From a virus (Duplodnaviria; Caudoviricetes): DNA of 64,000 nt. Positions 36,124 to 44,845 of the stretch are shown piece after piece; the first letter of the stretch is position 1, and each line of letters starts with the position of its first letter. The stretch covers positions 945 through 64,944 of IMG/VR virus record IMGVR_UViG_3300037493_005407. One strand, written 5' to 3'. A model generated the notes under the pieces. The model was not told where the DNA came from. It made no database searches and worked only from the letters and a program-made list of their open reading frames with translations. The translations under genes were made by a program, and so were the position numbers.

Positions 36124-36283
36124 GACTCGCCGCCAGCTGCATCTCCGCGTTGTTGAATTTCGTCAATGTAGTAGAGCTGAGTTTGCCTTGTTCGATGTGT
36201 GTGGTAGCCTGTTCTTTGAGCTTCTTCAGTTGCTCCTCGAGAGTGTCCATTCGTTCGCTAAAGGCCGCGGTCAGTGTCTTCAT
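36002..36283 (-). CDS. helical hypothetical protein
   Basis: AGGAGG RBS. Confidence 0.6.
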   Translation of the reverse strand: MKTLTAAFSERMDTLEEQLKKLKEQATTHIEQGKLSSTTLTKFNNAEMQLAASRARLEANQYEDAVYLFSRAYACMGEFLGRAAHEIHPDRSL

Positions 36284-36292
36284 GGTGTCCTC

Positions 36293-36532
36293 CTAAAAAT
36301 CACTGTCAGGTGCGTTACCATGAGGATAAACGATGTTGCGTTGTTTTGCCACCTCTTCGCTGTATGCGGCATACGTCAGTAACGCTGCGAGTCCCCCGAT
36401 AGAAAAAATGACGAGTGTTGTAGCCCCGGCCATCGCGCCAATCGCGATACCTGCTACGAGTCCAATCCCAGTAGCACTACGACGTTTTTTCACGGCCTTT
36501 TTGTAGTCTTTCTGTGCCTTCCCCGTTACCAT
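36293..36532 (-). CDS. small membrane protein
   Basis: AAGGAG RBS; GIGLVAGIAIGAMAG TM segment. Confidence 0.65.
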   Translation of the reverse strand: MVTGKAQKDYKKAVKKRRSATGIGLVAGIAIGAMAGATTLVIFSIGGLAALLTYAAYSEEVAKQRNIVYPHGNAPDSDF

Positions 36533-36635
36533 TTCTGGCTCCTTCTTTGTTGTGAAATTACCCTCTAGCGACTTGTACCAATAACGACTAGAATTTCCGG
36601 CAGACGGTTCCTAATCTGTTCAACGGAGGTTTGTC

Positions 36636-36959
36636 ATGCACCCAGCAATGATTCACGGTTACGCCGATGTCCTGATTCGTCTTGGTATGCAAAAAGAAGC
36701 GGATGAGCTCCTGAAGCGCGCCGCTGGCCCGCTCGGCGCTGGTCCGGTTGCCGCGCCGGCTCCCAAGCCCGCCGCGCTCCCGCCGCAAGCACGGGCGAAG
36801 GCTCCCGGCGCCGCCAACGCCGCCAACCTGGGCATGCCCACTGGCAAGCCCCCGGCTCCGGCGCTCGCGGCTTCCTCTGGCCCCAGCGCTGCAGCGAAGG
36901 CCCAGGCCAAGAGCTACGCCAACATGATCCCGGCTCCCCCCTCGATTCCCGGGATGTGA
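36636..36959 (+). CDS. Ala/Pro-rich putative internal virion protein
   Basis: GGAGG RBS; leader HGYADVLIRLGMQKEA. Confidence 0.7.
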   Translation: MHPAMIHGYADVLIRLGMQKEADELLKRAAGPLGAGPVAAPAPKPAALPPQARAKAPGAANAANLGMPTGKPPAPALAASSGPSAAAKAQAKSYANMIPAPPSIPGM

Positions 36960-36968
36960 GGTGACATC

Positions 36969-37553
36969 ATGACGCCGTATGACATGGGATGCTGGTCATC
37001 CCTGAAGCGACTCGGCATGCTCAAGGTAGCCGATGCCGCACTGCAGCTGGACTTCCTGGACACGGTCCCACGTCTCCGCGGTGAGAGTGGTGTACTTTCC
37101 GTGCATGGGGAGAAACTAGCCACCTGGCGTTTCGACAAGTTGGGCGGGCTCGGTAGCTGGGTCAAAAACCTGTTCAGACGCCGTGCTGCTATGAAGGCAG
37201 CGCCCAGCGCGGGCGTCATCGACGACGCTGAGACGGCGTTTGCCGGGCGTGCGCGTCGTCCGCCGAGCCGCGGTGAGAACCGTGCCGCCGAGCGCAACAT
37301 GGCTGGGATTCCGCCACGGCAGACCGGCGGTGGCGCAGGAGCTGCAGCTGGTGGAGCGCCTCCCCCACCCAACGCCAAGGGGATGAGCCCCGCGGCCAAG
37401 TGGGGCCTCGGAGCAGGTGCCGGCGGTCTCGCCGCAGGCTACTACCTAGGAAGCCCGTCCGCCCCGCAGCAACCCTTGCAGCAGTACGGCCAACCAGGTG
37501 AAACTCCGTATGGCGCTTACGGTACAGGCATGACTCCCGGTGGTGGGTTCTAG
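36969..37553 (+). CDS. Gly/Ala-rich putative internal virion protein
   Basis: GAGGT RBS; leader MGCWSSLKRLGMLKVA; C-terminal GLGAGAGGLAAGYYLG. Confidence 0.7.
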   Translation: MTPYDMGCWSSLKRLGMLKVADAALQLDFLDTVPRLRGESGVLSVHGEKLATWRFDKLGGLGSWVKNLFRRRAAMKAAPSAGVIDDAETAFAGRARRPPSRGENRAAERNMAGIPPRQTGGGAGAAAGGAPPPPNAKGMSPAAKWGLGAGAGGLAAGYYLGSPSAPQQPLQQYGQPGETPYGAYGTGMTPGGGF

Positions 37554-37554
37554 T

Positions 37555-38019
37555 TTAGCGCTGCGCGGCAAACACCGAAGACGTGATGGAGAGGGCGATG
37601 ATAGCGGCGAGCTCGACTCCGGCCGTTACCTTCCAGCCGATCGCGTAATGCTTGAAGTCCTTGTCCAACTGTAGATTGTACTTCCGCTCGTCTTCCACAC
37701 GGGCTCGCAGGTAGTCTCTCTCGGTCTTTAAAAATGAGACTTCATCCTTGAGGTTTTTCACCCGCTGGTCGTACGTAGCTGTCAGTATCGAGTAGTCCGA
37801 CATTGTCCCTTCCGCGACTTTGTTGAGCTCGTACAGCCGAACGTACTCGTTGGCGAGGAGCAGGATATCTCGCCATTGTTCCGTGTTCGCACAGCGCACA
37901 TCTTCAGTGCCACGCTTTGTGCTTGGAACATCTGGTAGGTACATACGCTCTTCACTGAACGCGTACCACGCCATGAAGAACACAGTGCATCCAACCAGAA
38001 CTGCCCGGAGCATGTTCAT
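37555..38019 (-). CDS. signal-peptide, coiled-coil, C-terminal TM protein (spanin-like?)
   Basis: Hydrophobic N- and C-termini; ATGA-coupled to the upstream gene. Confidence 0.55.
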   Translation of the reverse strand: MNMLRAVLVGCTVFFMAWYAFSEERMYLPDVPSTKRGTEDVRCANTEQWRDILLLANEYVRLYELNKVAEGTMSDYSILTATYDQRVKNLKDEVSFLKTERDYLRARVEDERKYNLQLDKDFKHYAIGWKVTAGVELAAIIALSITSSVFAAQR

Positions 38020-38438
38020 GGTCTCACCAATCCCAGTTTACGTTCAAGACGTTGCAAGTCATCCATCGACTTTGCGCTGTTAAGAGCATCCGCTGCGACG
38101 GCGTGTTCCATGTTATTCATCTTCGCTTCTTGCTGCCTAACCAAAAGAGAAGTCCGAAGCTCTTGGAGCTTTGCCTCGTACTCAGCGTCAGCCTCGTCCG
38201 CGGCTGCTACCGCTGCGTCCGTACCCTTGGCAATTACGGCATCCGCGGTCGGGACTGGAGGCGGTGATGCCGGGGGTTCCTTCGATGATGTGCTCGCCCC
38301 CGAAGGAGCGGGTCGAGTAAAAAAAATCTTCACGATGAACAGAAGCACAAGGAAGATGAGCACGGCAAAACCGAGTATCTTCCACCAGGGCTTCAGACCC
38401 AGGTACCAATTCAGCACGGTGGTGTATAGTTTTTCCAT
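38016..38438 (-). CDS. N-terminal TM coiled-coil protein (i-spanin-like?)
   Basis: ILGFAVLIFLVLLFIVKIFF, Pro-rich linker, heptads. Confidence 0.55.
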   Translation of the reverse strand: MEKLYTTVLNWYLGLKPWWKILGFAVLIFLVLLFIVKIFFTRPAPSGASTSSKEPPASPPPVPTADAVIAKGTDAAVAAADEADAEYEAKLQELRTSLLVRQQEAKMNNMEHAVAADALNSAKSMDDLQRLERKLGLVRP

Positions 38439-38452
38439 GCTGTAATCGTAGT

Positions 38453-38790
38453 AAAAAAGAGCCTACCTACCACCAAGAGTGTTGGTCTTGAACTGGGCAA
38501 GAACAACCTTTTCGTCATTCGGCGACGTGCCGATTCCGGCATGTAACACACCGGGGTCGTCTAAAACAGTTACTGGTAGGTAGACCCTATGTTCCTTACA
38601 CACCTGAGATGGTAATCGCGAAGCGGGACTTCGAGCGTGTGAACATTTTCGCCCTGGAAAATTTTCACGTAGCGAGAAGCGGCGCAGCAATTACCTCACT
38701 GGCTACGGCTATTATCGCCGTTTACGCGAGTAACTCGCGCGACGCATCGCACGTCACAATGCAAGAAGCGTGTGCAAGGAACACAAGGAC
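38453..38790 (-). ncRNA. unknown highly structured non-coding RNA candidate
   Basis: 19-bp stem (38770-38788 with 38585-38603) and 12-bp stem (38574-38585 with 38461-38472) with G-U pairs on the minus strand; internal hairpins; TGGTATAAG motif upstream and a U-tract downstream. Confidence 0.6.
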
Positions 38791-38803
38791 TTATACCAGG
38801 TAT

Positions 38804-38944
38804 CTACTTGGATTTGGGAGTGGGAATTTTGGTCTTGTTACCGGTGTGCTCCTGACGCTTCTCCCACTTGCGCCGGTCATCCTCTTTTGGAGGACGCGGC
38901 GGAAGGTTCTTCGTAGGAAGCCGGTATATGGTTGGTGCGCCCAT
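38804..38944 (-). CDS. 46-aa basic Pro-rich peptide (not in ORF track)
   Basis: MGAPTIYRLPTKNLPPRPPKEDDRRKWEK..., starting 3 nt after the upstream stop. Confidence 0.4.
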   Translation of the reverse strand: MGAPTIYRLPTKNLPPRPPKEDDRRKWEKRQEHTGNKTKIPTPKSK

Positions 38945-38947
38945 TTT

Positions 38948-39355
38948 TTAGAATGAAGACATGTGCTGAACAGGTCCGTTGATACGCACTTGCTCTCCCA
39001 TGCTGTACCCCATGGGATTCTGCTGATACACACGGCCGTTCTGCATGGCCATCTCGTACTGGATTTTCTTGCGCTCGTCGTTACGCGCCTTTTGCGCGGC
39101 CAGCGTACCGATGATGATCGCTCCCAGAGCTCCAGCGACTAGCGGCATCATCTTGGTCTTGGTCAATGCCGCGGTAGCCCTGCGCACAGTCTCTTCTTGC
39201 GCATGGATGGTAGGCTGAAGCATCTTGCGCAACAGCATGTACGCCCCGACCCCGCCTGCGCCGCCAGCAACTACGGGCATCGCATACTGCCCCATCCCTT
39301 GGGACGCATTAGGGTCGTTCGCAAATTTCGCAAGCATCGAAAGTGCGCGCATCAT
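38948..39355 (-). CDS. Gly-rich putative virion protein
   Basis: LAKFA leader; two Gly-rich hydrophobic segments. Confidence 0.65.
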   Translation of the reverse strand: MMRALSMLAKFANDPNASQGMGQYAMPVVAGGAGGVGAYMLLRKMLQPTIHAQEETVRRATAALTKTKMMPLVAGALGAIIIGTLAAQKARNDERKKIQYEMAMQNGRVYQQNPMGYSMGEQVRINGPVQHMSSF

Positions 39356-40041
39356 TTTCCTCCCGGCAACACAGCGTGCGGAACTTGAGCGTGCGCCGTC
39401 TCTGCTTGATTCGCGTGAATCATCGGAACGTACGGGTCATCCACCGGGATAGATTTGCGGATATCCTTGGCAAACCTACGCCGCAAGGGATGCGATTCAG
39501 GCAGCGTACTGAGTAGCGTCGAGTTGTCGAGCATCTGCTCTCGGGACAAACCCTTGGATGCCTCAATCGCTTGCTGCATCCGGTCGTCTTTCCCGCGATG
39601 CCACATCGCCGCTCCTGCAAGGGCACCGGCACCGGCACCAGCTACTGGTGCCAAACGCGCGGCAAGTGGAACTTTTGCCAATGCTGCCAGGATGCTCTTG
39701 GGAGTGTTACCTTTGAGTCCCTGCTCCCACAGCGCAGTCATCGGTGCGTGCGCCGCCTCTCCTGCCCAAAGGCGCCCACCAACAGACCCCGCAACACCGC
39801 CGCCGGCAGCCCCCATAGCAACACTGTTCAGAGCTCCGTGCGATGCCACTTCTTGAAGGATTTCTTGCGGGTCCTTCTTCTCACGCATCCCACGATTCAC
39901 TATCTCGATAATCTCAGGGTCTACTCCTTGGTCCATACCACTCAGGCGTATCGGCTGAGGTTGTCGACTGGATATAGTGATGGGTACCCCAGGCACCCGG
40001 ATCATGGTGTCTAATGCGCGTTTGAGAATCCCTTGCCGCAT
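39352..40041 (-). CDS. Gly-zipper putative virion protein
   Basis: GAAGGGVAGSVGG and AGAGAGALAG segments; GAGGA RBS. Confidence 0.65.
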   Translation of the reverse strand: MRQGILKRALDTMIRVPGVPITISSRQPQPIRLSGMDQGVDPEIIEIVNRGMREKKDPQEILQEVASHGALNSVAMGAAGGGVAGSVGGRLWAGEAAHAPMTALWEQGLKGNTPKSILAALAKVPLAARLAPVAGAGAGALAGAAMWHRGKDDRMQQAIEASKGLSREQMLDNSTLLSTLPESHPLRRRFAKDIRKSIPVDDPYVPMIHANQAETAHAQVPHAVLPGGK

Positions 40042-40049
40042 GTTTCCTC

Positions 40050-40313
40050 TCAGTGAGCCGGTCGAGCCATCCCTCCAGGACCTGACTGAAGTTTAGTCGC
40101 AGGACGGTCACCATGGGTGTGAACATAGCCTGCCTTGAGTCTCTTGGACCCTGGGTAGGCGATGATGATGGTGGTGGGTAGCGCCGGGGACTTCTTCCAG
40201 ATGCGCTGCATCGTCTTCGAACATGCCGGACATTTCACAGTTGAACACTCGTCGAGGTCGATGATTTCTTCCGTTTCGGTACCGCACGCACACACGAAAT
40301 CGTACATAGGCAT
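40050..40313 (-). CDS. FmdB-family zinc-ribbon protein
   Basis: MPMYDFVCACG..E...CPACSKTMQRI. Confidence 0.75.
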   Translation of the reverse strand: MPMYDFVCACGTETEEIIDLDECSTVKCPACSKTMQRIWKKSPALPTTIIIAYPGSKRLKAGYVHTHGDRPATKLQSGPGGMARPAH

Positions 40314-40335
40314 GTCACACCTTTTTCTGCGTCCT

Positions 40336-42150
40336 TCACACCACAATAGGTAAGAAGGAGTTGTCGAAAGCGGTTAGGATTGGATCAGGTACTTTACAGA
40401 GTTTGATGGTAGGCTCGAGCGCTTCGGTAAACGGAGCAGTGTCTACCGCAGACTCTGGTGTTGTTGTTTCTTCCGACATCTCGTCTGTAAAGGTAACCTT
40501 CTCAGCTTCTTTGGTTGCCTCCCCCAATCCACTCAGTAGGTTGTTTAGCTCTTCTTGTTTACCTTCAAACTGTTGTCCAAAGAGTAAAGCGATAAGGCCC
40601 ATCGTCTTACGCACGTCGACTTCTGGGCCACCCGCAAGAAGAACCGCGCCGGTTACATATTCATCACCGCGATGAAAGGGGGGAGCATTTGGATATCCGT
40701 TCGACAACGACGTAGCAAGATCTGACAAAAAGAATTCGTTACCACCCTGACCAAAGAACACACGCGTGTATATTCCTCCAGCTACCTTCGGAATCTTAAG
40801 CATCTCAATGATCGCTTTTATCTGATCAAGCATGCTCTGTATGAGATCCTCGTAACGCTGCACCTCGTTGTTCAAGAGCTCCAGGTAATTCTTTAGGAAG
40901 TCGCTTACCCCCATGATGCGTTTGGCAAACGCTTCTAGGTACCCGATGATGAGTCGGAAAAAGTAAGCAAGCTGCGGGAAGCAGTCCGCAATCGAAGGTG
41001 TCCGTACCCAGTCGGGAGTGGTGCTTCCAGGAGCCAGCGGGAAAGGAACAACACGGGCCATGTTCGAGATGTACCAGTACCCCAGGGGTGTGCCGGCATC
41101 TGTGAGGATGTTCGCGTCTTTGTGGTACGCGTTGAGTTTCCAAGCGACACAGAAATGCAGCGAGTCATCGTCAGTGCATGAGAGGCCCCGGATAAGGGCC
41201 GAGGTCTTGGTAATGCTGTACGGTTCTTCCACCAATACCGACGCGTAACCCATCGGAGTTTTACGGAAGCTGTTAATACTGAGGTCAGTGGTACCAAAGA
41301 TCTGGTTAACGTTTCCAGATGACGCTAACTGACAGTCGTTCTTGATTACAATAACCGCGTACCGTTCTGGGTATAACACAGCACTACCCATGTCCGGCAA
41401 GGTAAACACGGGGACCTCTTCTGCGTCCCATGTAACCAGCGCCGTAAGCACGCCGTGGACATCCCCACCTTTGGGTTTCGTGAGTGCTTGTGCCTGGACA
41501 TTCTTAGGCTTGGGAACCTTGAGGTTATCGGACCCCGCGGTCAACCCTCCGAACATGCCCCATAACCGCCACAGCGCGTCAAGGAGCTCAAAGGGATCCA
41601 GGTCTGTACCAAACAGAATGGTGAGTCCACCTACGAAGTCAGTAGAGTCATTGAATTGTGGACGATTCGAGTCACCCGGATCTTGCAGAGATGCCGCTAC
41701 CGTTCTGTAATACCCGTGGTTACCGCCAGCGTACTTATTGAGCTCAGCTAAGAATTGCTTTTGGTTTGGACTTTGGAGATTTGTGGGTGAAGGAGCAAAC
41801 AGCGCCGAAGTACGCGGGGGAGTTAGGTCTCCTAGTCCCATAAACGTCGTATTAAAACGCTTAGCAATCGGAACGAACAACATGTAGATTCCGACATCGC
41901 CTAAGAAGCCCTCGAGAATTTGCTTTATCTTATCGATAATGAGTTTGATGGCCGTCGCCAACGCGTCTTGGAGACCCATTATCAATTTAGCAATCAAGTC
42001 GATAATGCCGACGATGACTCTTAGGACTTCTTTAACCTTATCGATAAACTCGATGAGCTTTTGAAGCGGAGAGAGATCGGGTACGATGATCTCTAGCTTT
42101 TTCCAGGGCTTATTAGCCGCGCTAGTCCACTGGTCAGCTGGGGTTACCAT
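40336..42150 (-). CDS. large hypothetical, probably structural, protein
   Basis: 604 aa; two amphipathic helical bundles, each followed by GG(N)..(F/Y)...L, flanking an FN3-like segment. Confidence 0.7.
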   Translation of the reverse strand: MVTPADQWTSAANKPWKKLEIIVPDLSPLQKLIEFIDKVKEVLRVIVGIIDLIAKLIMGLQDALATAIKLIIDKIKQILEGFLGDVGIYMLFVPIAKRFNTTFMGLGDLTPPRTSALFAPSPTNLQSPNQKQFLAELNKYAGGNHGYYRTVAASLQDPGDSNRPQFNDSTDFVGGLTILFGTDLDPFELLDALWRLWGMFGGLTAGSDNLKVPKPKNVQAQALTKPKGGDVHGVLTALVTWDAEEVPVFTLPDMGSAVLYPERYAVIVIKNDCQLASSGNVNQIFGTTDLSINSFRKTPMGYASVLVEEPYSITKTSALIRGLSCTDDDSLHFCVAWKLNAYHKDANILTDAGTPLGYWYISNMARVVPFPLAPGSTTPDWVRTPSIADCFPQLAYFFRLIIGYLEAFAKRIMGVSDFLKNYLELLNNEVQRYEDLIQSMLDQIKAIIEMLKIPKVAGGIYTRVFFGQGGNEFFLSDLATSLSNGYPNAPPFHRGDEYVTGAVLLAGGPEVDVRKTMGLIALLFGQQFEGKQEELNNLLSGLGEATKEAEKVTFTDEMSEETTTPESAVDTAPFTEALEPTIKLCKVPDPILTAFDNSFLPIVV

Positions 42151-42806
42151 CAGTACTCCATTGTCTCAGTCGGTGCTTTGCCTGGCCCGGTGCTTGTCAA
42201 ACTACCCTGGTACTTTGCGAGTTGAAATGTGAATTCACACTCATAAAGCACAAAGGTTTTGAGAGCCCGGACTGACCACGTAATTATAGTCCCGCGAGCA
42301 TTCGCAACATACTCGGCGACCTTTGTGTACGCGGCTCCGGCATCGTTTGACGTAACACCGGAGTCCACCCAGATCTTGGTGAATGCTGGGTAGTCTAGTT
42401 GATTGAGCAGATAAGCGCAACGCCAAAAGTCTTCGTTATAAGCAGTAAAAATCGTAGGGTATTTGGTATAAAGAAAGAACGAGTCACGGTTTAGCGCGTG
42501 CATCCAAACGTAGGTGCATGTGCTCGGGCTTAACAGGTCATCTGCAGTTTTTCCTACCTCTTGTGCGTTCGTTATGCTCGCACGCAGATAACCCCCAGGT
42601 GGATTTGCAAAATCCGAATTGCAACGCAACACATGCGCCAATGGCAGAACACGAGGTGCCTCTCCGAGATATTTATCTACAAAACTTCCGAAGAACTTGT
42701 TTACGAGTTTGAATTTTTCTCGATTCAGTTTAGCGAGATACTTGGCGTCCCGCTGACCCGTCTCCACATTGAGGTATGTCAAAAGTCTTTCCTTTCCTCC
42801 ACCCAC
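42150..42806 (-). CDS. hypothetical protein
   Basis: 218-aa ORF coupled to its neighbours. Confidence 0.6.
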   Translation of the reverse strand: MGGGKERLLTYLNVETGQRDAKYLAKLNREKFKLVNKFFGSFVDKYLGEAPRVLPLAHVLRCNSDFANPPGGYLRASITNAQEVGKTADDLLSPSTCTYVWMHALNRDSFFLYTKYPTIFTAYNEDFWRCAYLLNQLDYPAFTKIWVDSGVTSNDAGAAYTKVAEYVANARGTIITWSVRALKTFVLYECEFTFQLAKYQGSLTSTGPGKAPTETMEY

Positions 42807-43024
42807 TGCACCGCAGAAGGTTTAAGGAGTTCCTCCGACTTCTTGACCTCATTGTAGGCGTGTACTCTGTACGCGGCGGCTAGCCCGGATTCTATGCCTT
42901 GCGTCCGCAATAGATGGTCTGCTTGCGCAACTTTTTGGTAGAGAAAAATCCGTCCTAACCTCGCAACCAGGAGTCCCAGGTTTTGGAGAACCTGTGGCTC
43001 CGTAACTCCTTGGTTCCATACCAT
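42779..43024 (-). CDS. hypothetical protein
   Basis: 81-aa ORF. Confidence 0.5.
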   Translation of the reverse strand: MVWNQGVTEPQVLQNLGLLVARLGRIFLYQKVAQADHLLRTQGIESGLAAAYRVHAYNEVKKSEELLKPSAVQWVEERKDF

Positions 43025-43058
43025 GGGTCAAGGATATCATCGAAGGAGGGGTACATCA

Positions 43059-43223
43059 ATGGTCGCTGCTACTGCTTGGAAAGTACTTGGAATGCGCGTT
43101 TTAGAGGCAGCTTTGACCGCAGCGGTAATCGCCGCTGCCACGGCGTTGCTCGGAGCTCTGTCCGGTAAGGCAACACCAGCAGTAAAAGTAAAAGAAGCAG
43201 AAGTACCAAAGACCCAAGAGTAA
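43059..43223 (+). CDS. small membrane peptide
   Basis: AAGGAGG RBS, start MVAATAWK, Ala-rich TM. Confidence 0.6.
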   Translation: MVAATAWKVLGMRVLEAALTAAVIAAATALLGALSGKATPAVKVKEAEVPKTQE

Positions 43224-43265
43224 CAACGGTAATAAACAATTTTGAAGTCAAAAACGGGGCCTGTT

Positions 43266-43691
43266 CTTGGTAAAAGGATATGAAGACAAAGAGTGGTTCC
43301 GAGAGGAATCGCCAACCCCCGTGTGCCGTCGACCGGTGCACGTAAAAGAAAGGCCCCACATGTTCAAGAAACTCGTCGAAGCCGCAGTGCAGTCCGCCCC
43401 TGAAATCGCGTCTGATACCGCCGAGATCGTGGTTGAAGAAACCGTGAAGACGGGTCTCAGCACCGCAGCCAAGTTCGGAATCGCGGCGGGCGGCATCGCT
43501 CTGCTCGCGGCCGGCGTCTACGGAATCGTCCGGCTCTTCAGCTCTTCCGACGAAGACGAATCACTGGTTGAGCGCGAAGTCACCTGCTGACGTCGATGTT
43601 TACGGACCCCTAGGGTCCGACACGCGAAAGCGTGCTGTTCTTTTGCTTCCAAAAATACCCGGGGATCTTGGTAAAAGAATATGAAGACAAA
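43266..43691 (+). promoter_or_regulatory. duplicated 25-bp promoter block, copies at 43266-43290 and 43667-43691
   Basis: CTTGGTAAAAG(G/A)ATATGAAGACAAA, 1 mismatch. Confidence 0.75.
43360..43590 (+). CDS. small single-TM protein MFKKLVEAA...
   Basis: AAAGG RBS, TM helix, downstream hairpins. Confidence 0.7.
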   Translation: MFKKLVEAAVQSAPEIASDTAEIVVEETVKTGLSTAAKFGIAAGGIALLAAGVYGIVRLFSSSDEDESLVEREVTC

Positions 43692-43736
43692 CCACACGCT
43701 GCACATGCTGCAGCTAAACCATCCAAGGAGTCAAAC

Positions 43737-43973
43737 ATGTTCAAGAAATTGGTCGAAGAAGCTGGTAAAGAAGTTGCGGTAAACGTCGGATTCGGCGGGT
43801 TCACGGTATTTATCGCGTTCTGCGTCGGAGCCTGGATCGGGTCCATCGCGCAGGAGAGAGACGAAGCCCGTCGCGATGCAGCACGTGCTCGCGCCGATAA
43901 GGCCGAGGCTGAGCGCCGTGCGGCACCGGTCGCTGAGCCGGTCGCCGAAAAGAAGGAGAAGAAGAGCGCATAG
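43737..43973 (+). CDS. small single-TM protein MFKKLVEEA...
   Basis: AAGGAG RBS; N-terminus matches the upstream gene. Confidence 0.7.
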   Translation: MFKKLVEEAGKEVAVNVGFGGFTVFIAFCVGAWIGSIAQERDEARRDAARARADKAEAERRAAPVAEPVAEKKEKKSA

Positions 43974-44110
43974 CTCTCTCCGCAAAGTCCCAACATAGGC
44001 AGACACCTAACGGTGTGCTGTCTCTTTTGCTTTCTTTTTTGTTTGACCATAACGTTTTAATACGTTACTGCTTAATAAACGCAGTTTTTACCATCTAAGA
44101 GGAGAGAAGG

Positions 44111-44809
44111 ATGCTCGCGATGCGACACAAACCGTTCTTTATCCCGGCCTCCATCGTTGGAAAATTTCAAACATGCTGTATCTCTGAGGGCTCCGATGTG
44201 TGCGGAGGTGACGCCTGCGACGAGGTTGTTGCCACCCTAAAGGACGGAACTGTTTTGCGAATTCCCGTTTGCTCAAGCAATGAGCACCAGCGCGTAGCGG
44301 TCGCCGCCAAGCGGCAGCTCGAGCAGGGGATTGCTCCCGAAGACATCGAAGACGTGATCTGGGAGTGGATGTTCATCCAGCCCCCGGAGCGCTCAGAAAA
44401 ATGCAAGCTACCAAGCTGGCGCGTTTATCTCTCTCAGCAGTCTGTCCCACCCGTTATCGAAATTCCCAAGCAAAAGAAAATCATCTCGTCTGTCCAAGCC
44501 GCCGCGCCCCGGGTCATAAAAGAGGCGATGGTTGGCTGGCAGTGGATCGAAGATATTAACAAGTGGATGTCAGTCACCGGGGAGATTGTCCCGGTTCACA
44601 AGCTCAGCAACCCTGAGCTCATCGCGACTGCGATTGCCATCAAGGAAGCGAACGGCGTAACGCGCCGCTCCGTGTGGGTGAAGGACCTCATCGCACCAGC
44701 GGAGGAGTACCGCTGGCCTGCTGGATCTCTAAAGGTGGGTGTGGAGCTGGCCGGGGACAAGCTCGACGACTTCAAGGACAGCGCAGCCGACCGAGGACTT
44801 TTACGGTAA
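44111..44809 (+). CDS. hypothetical protein with N-terminal Cys/His cluster
   Basis: GAGGAG RBS; 232 aa. Confidence 0.7.
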   Translation: MLAMRHKPFFIPASIVGKFQTCCISEGSDVCGGDACDEVVATLKDGTVLRIPVCSSNEHQRVAVAAKRQLEQGIAPEDIEDVIWEWMFIQPPERSEKCKLPSWRVYLSQQSVPPVIEIPKQKKIISSVQAAAPRVIKEAMVGWQWIEDINKWMSVTGEIVPVHKLSNPELIATAIAIKEANGVTRRSVWVKDLIAPAEEYRWPAGSLKVGVELAGDKLDDFKDSAADRGLLR

Positions 44810-44842
44810 AGATAGGGGTGGTGCTGCCACCCCTTTCTTTTG
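44810..44842. terminator. terminator between convergent genes
   Basis: AGGGGTGG-tgctg-CCACCCCT followed by a T tract. Confidence 0.7.
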
Positions 44843-44845
44843 GTC

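Noticed and set aside
38609-38956. 115-aa + strand ORF over the structured region
   Set aside because: No clear RBS, opposite to the local gene direction, and the G-U pairing pattern favours a minus-strand RNA; not fully excluded.
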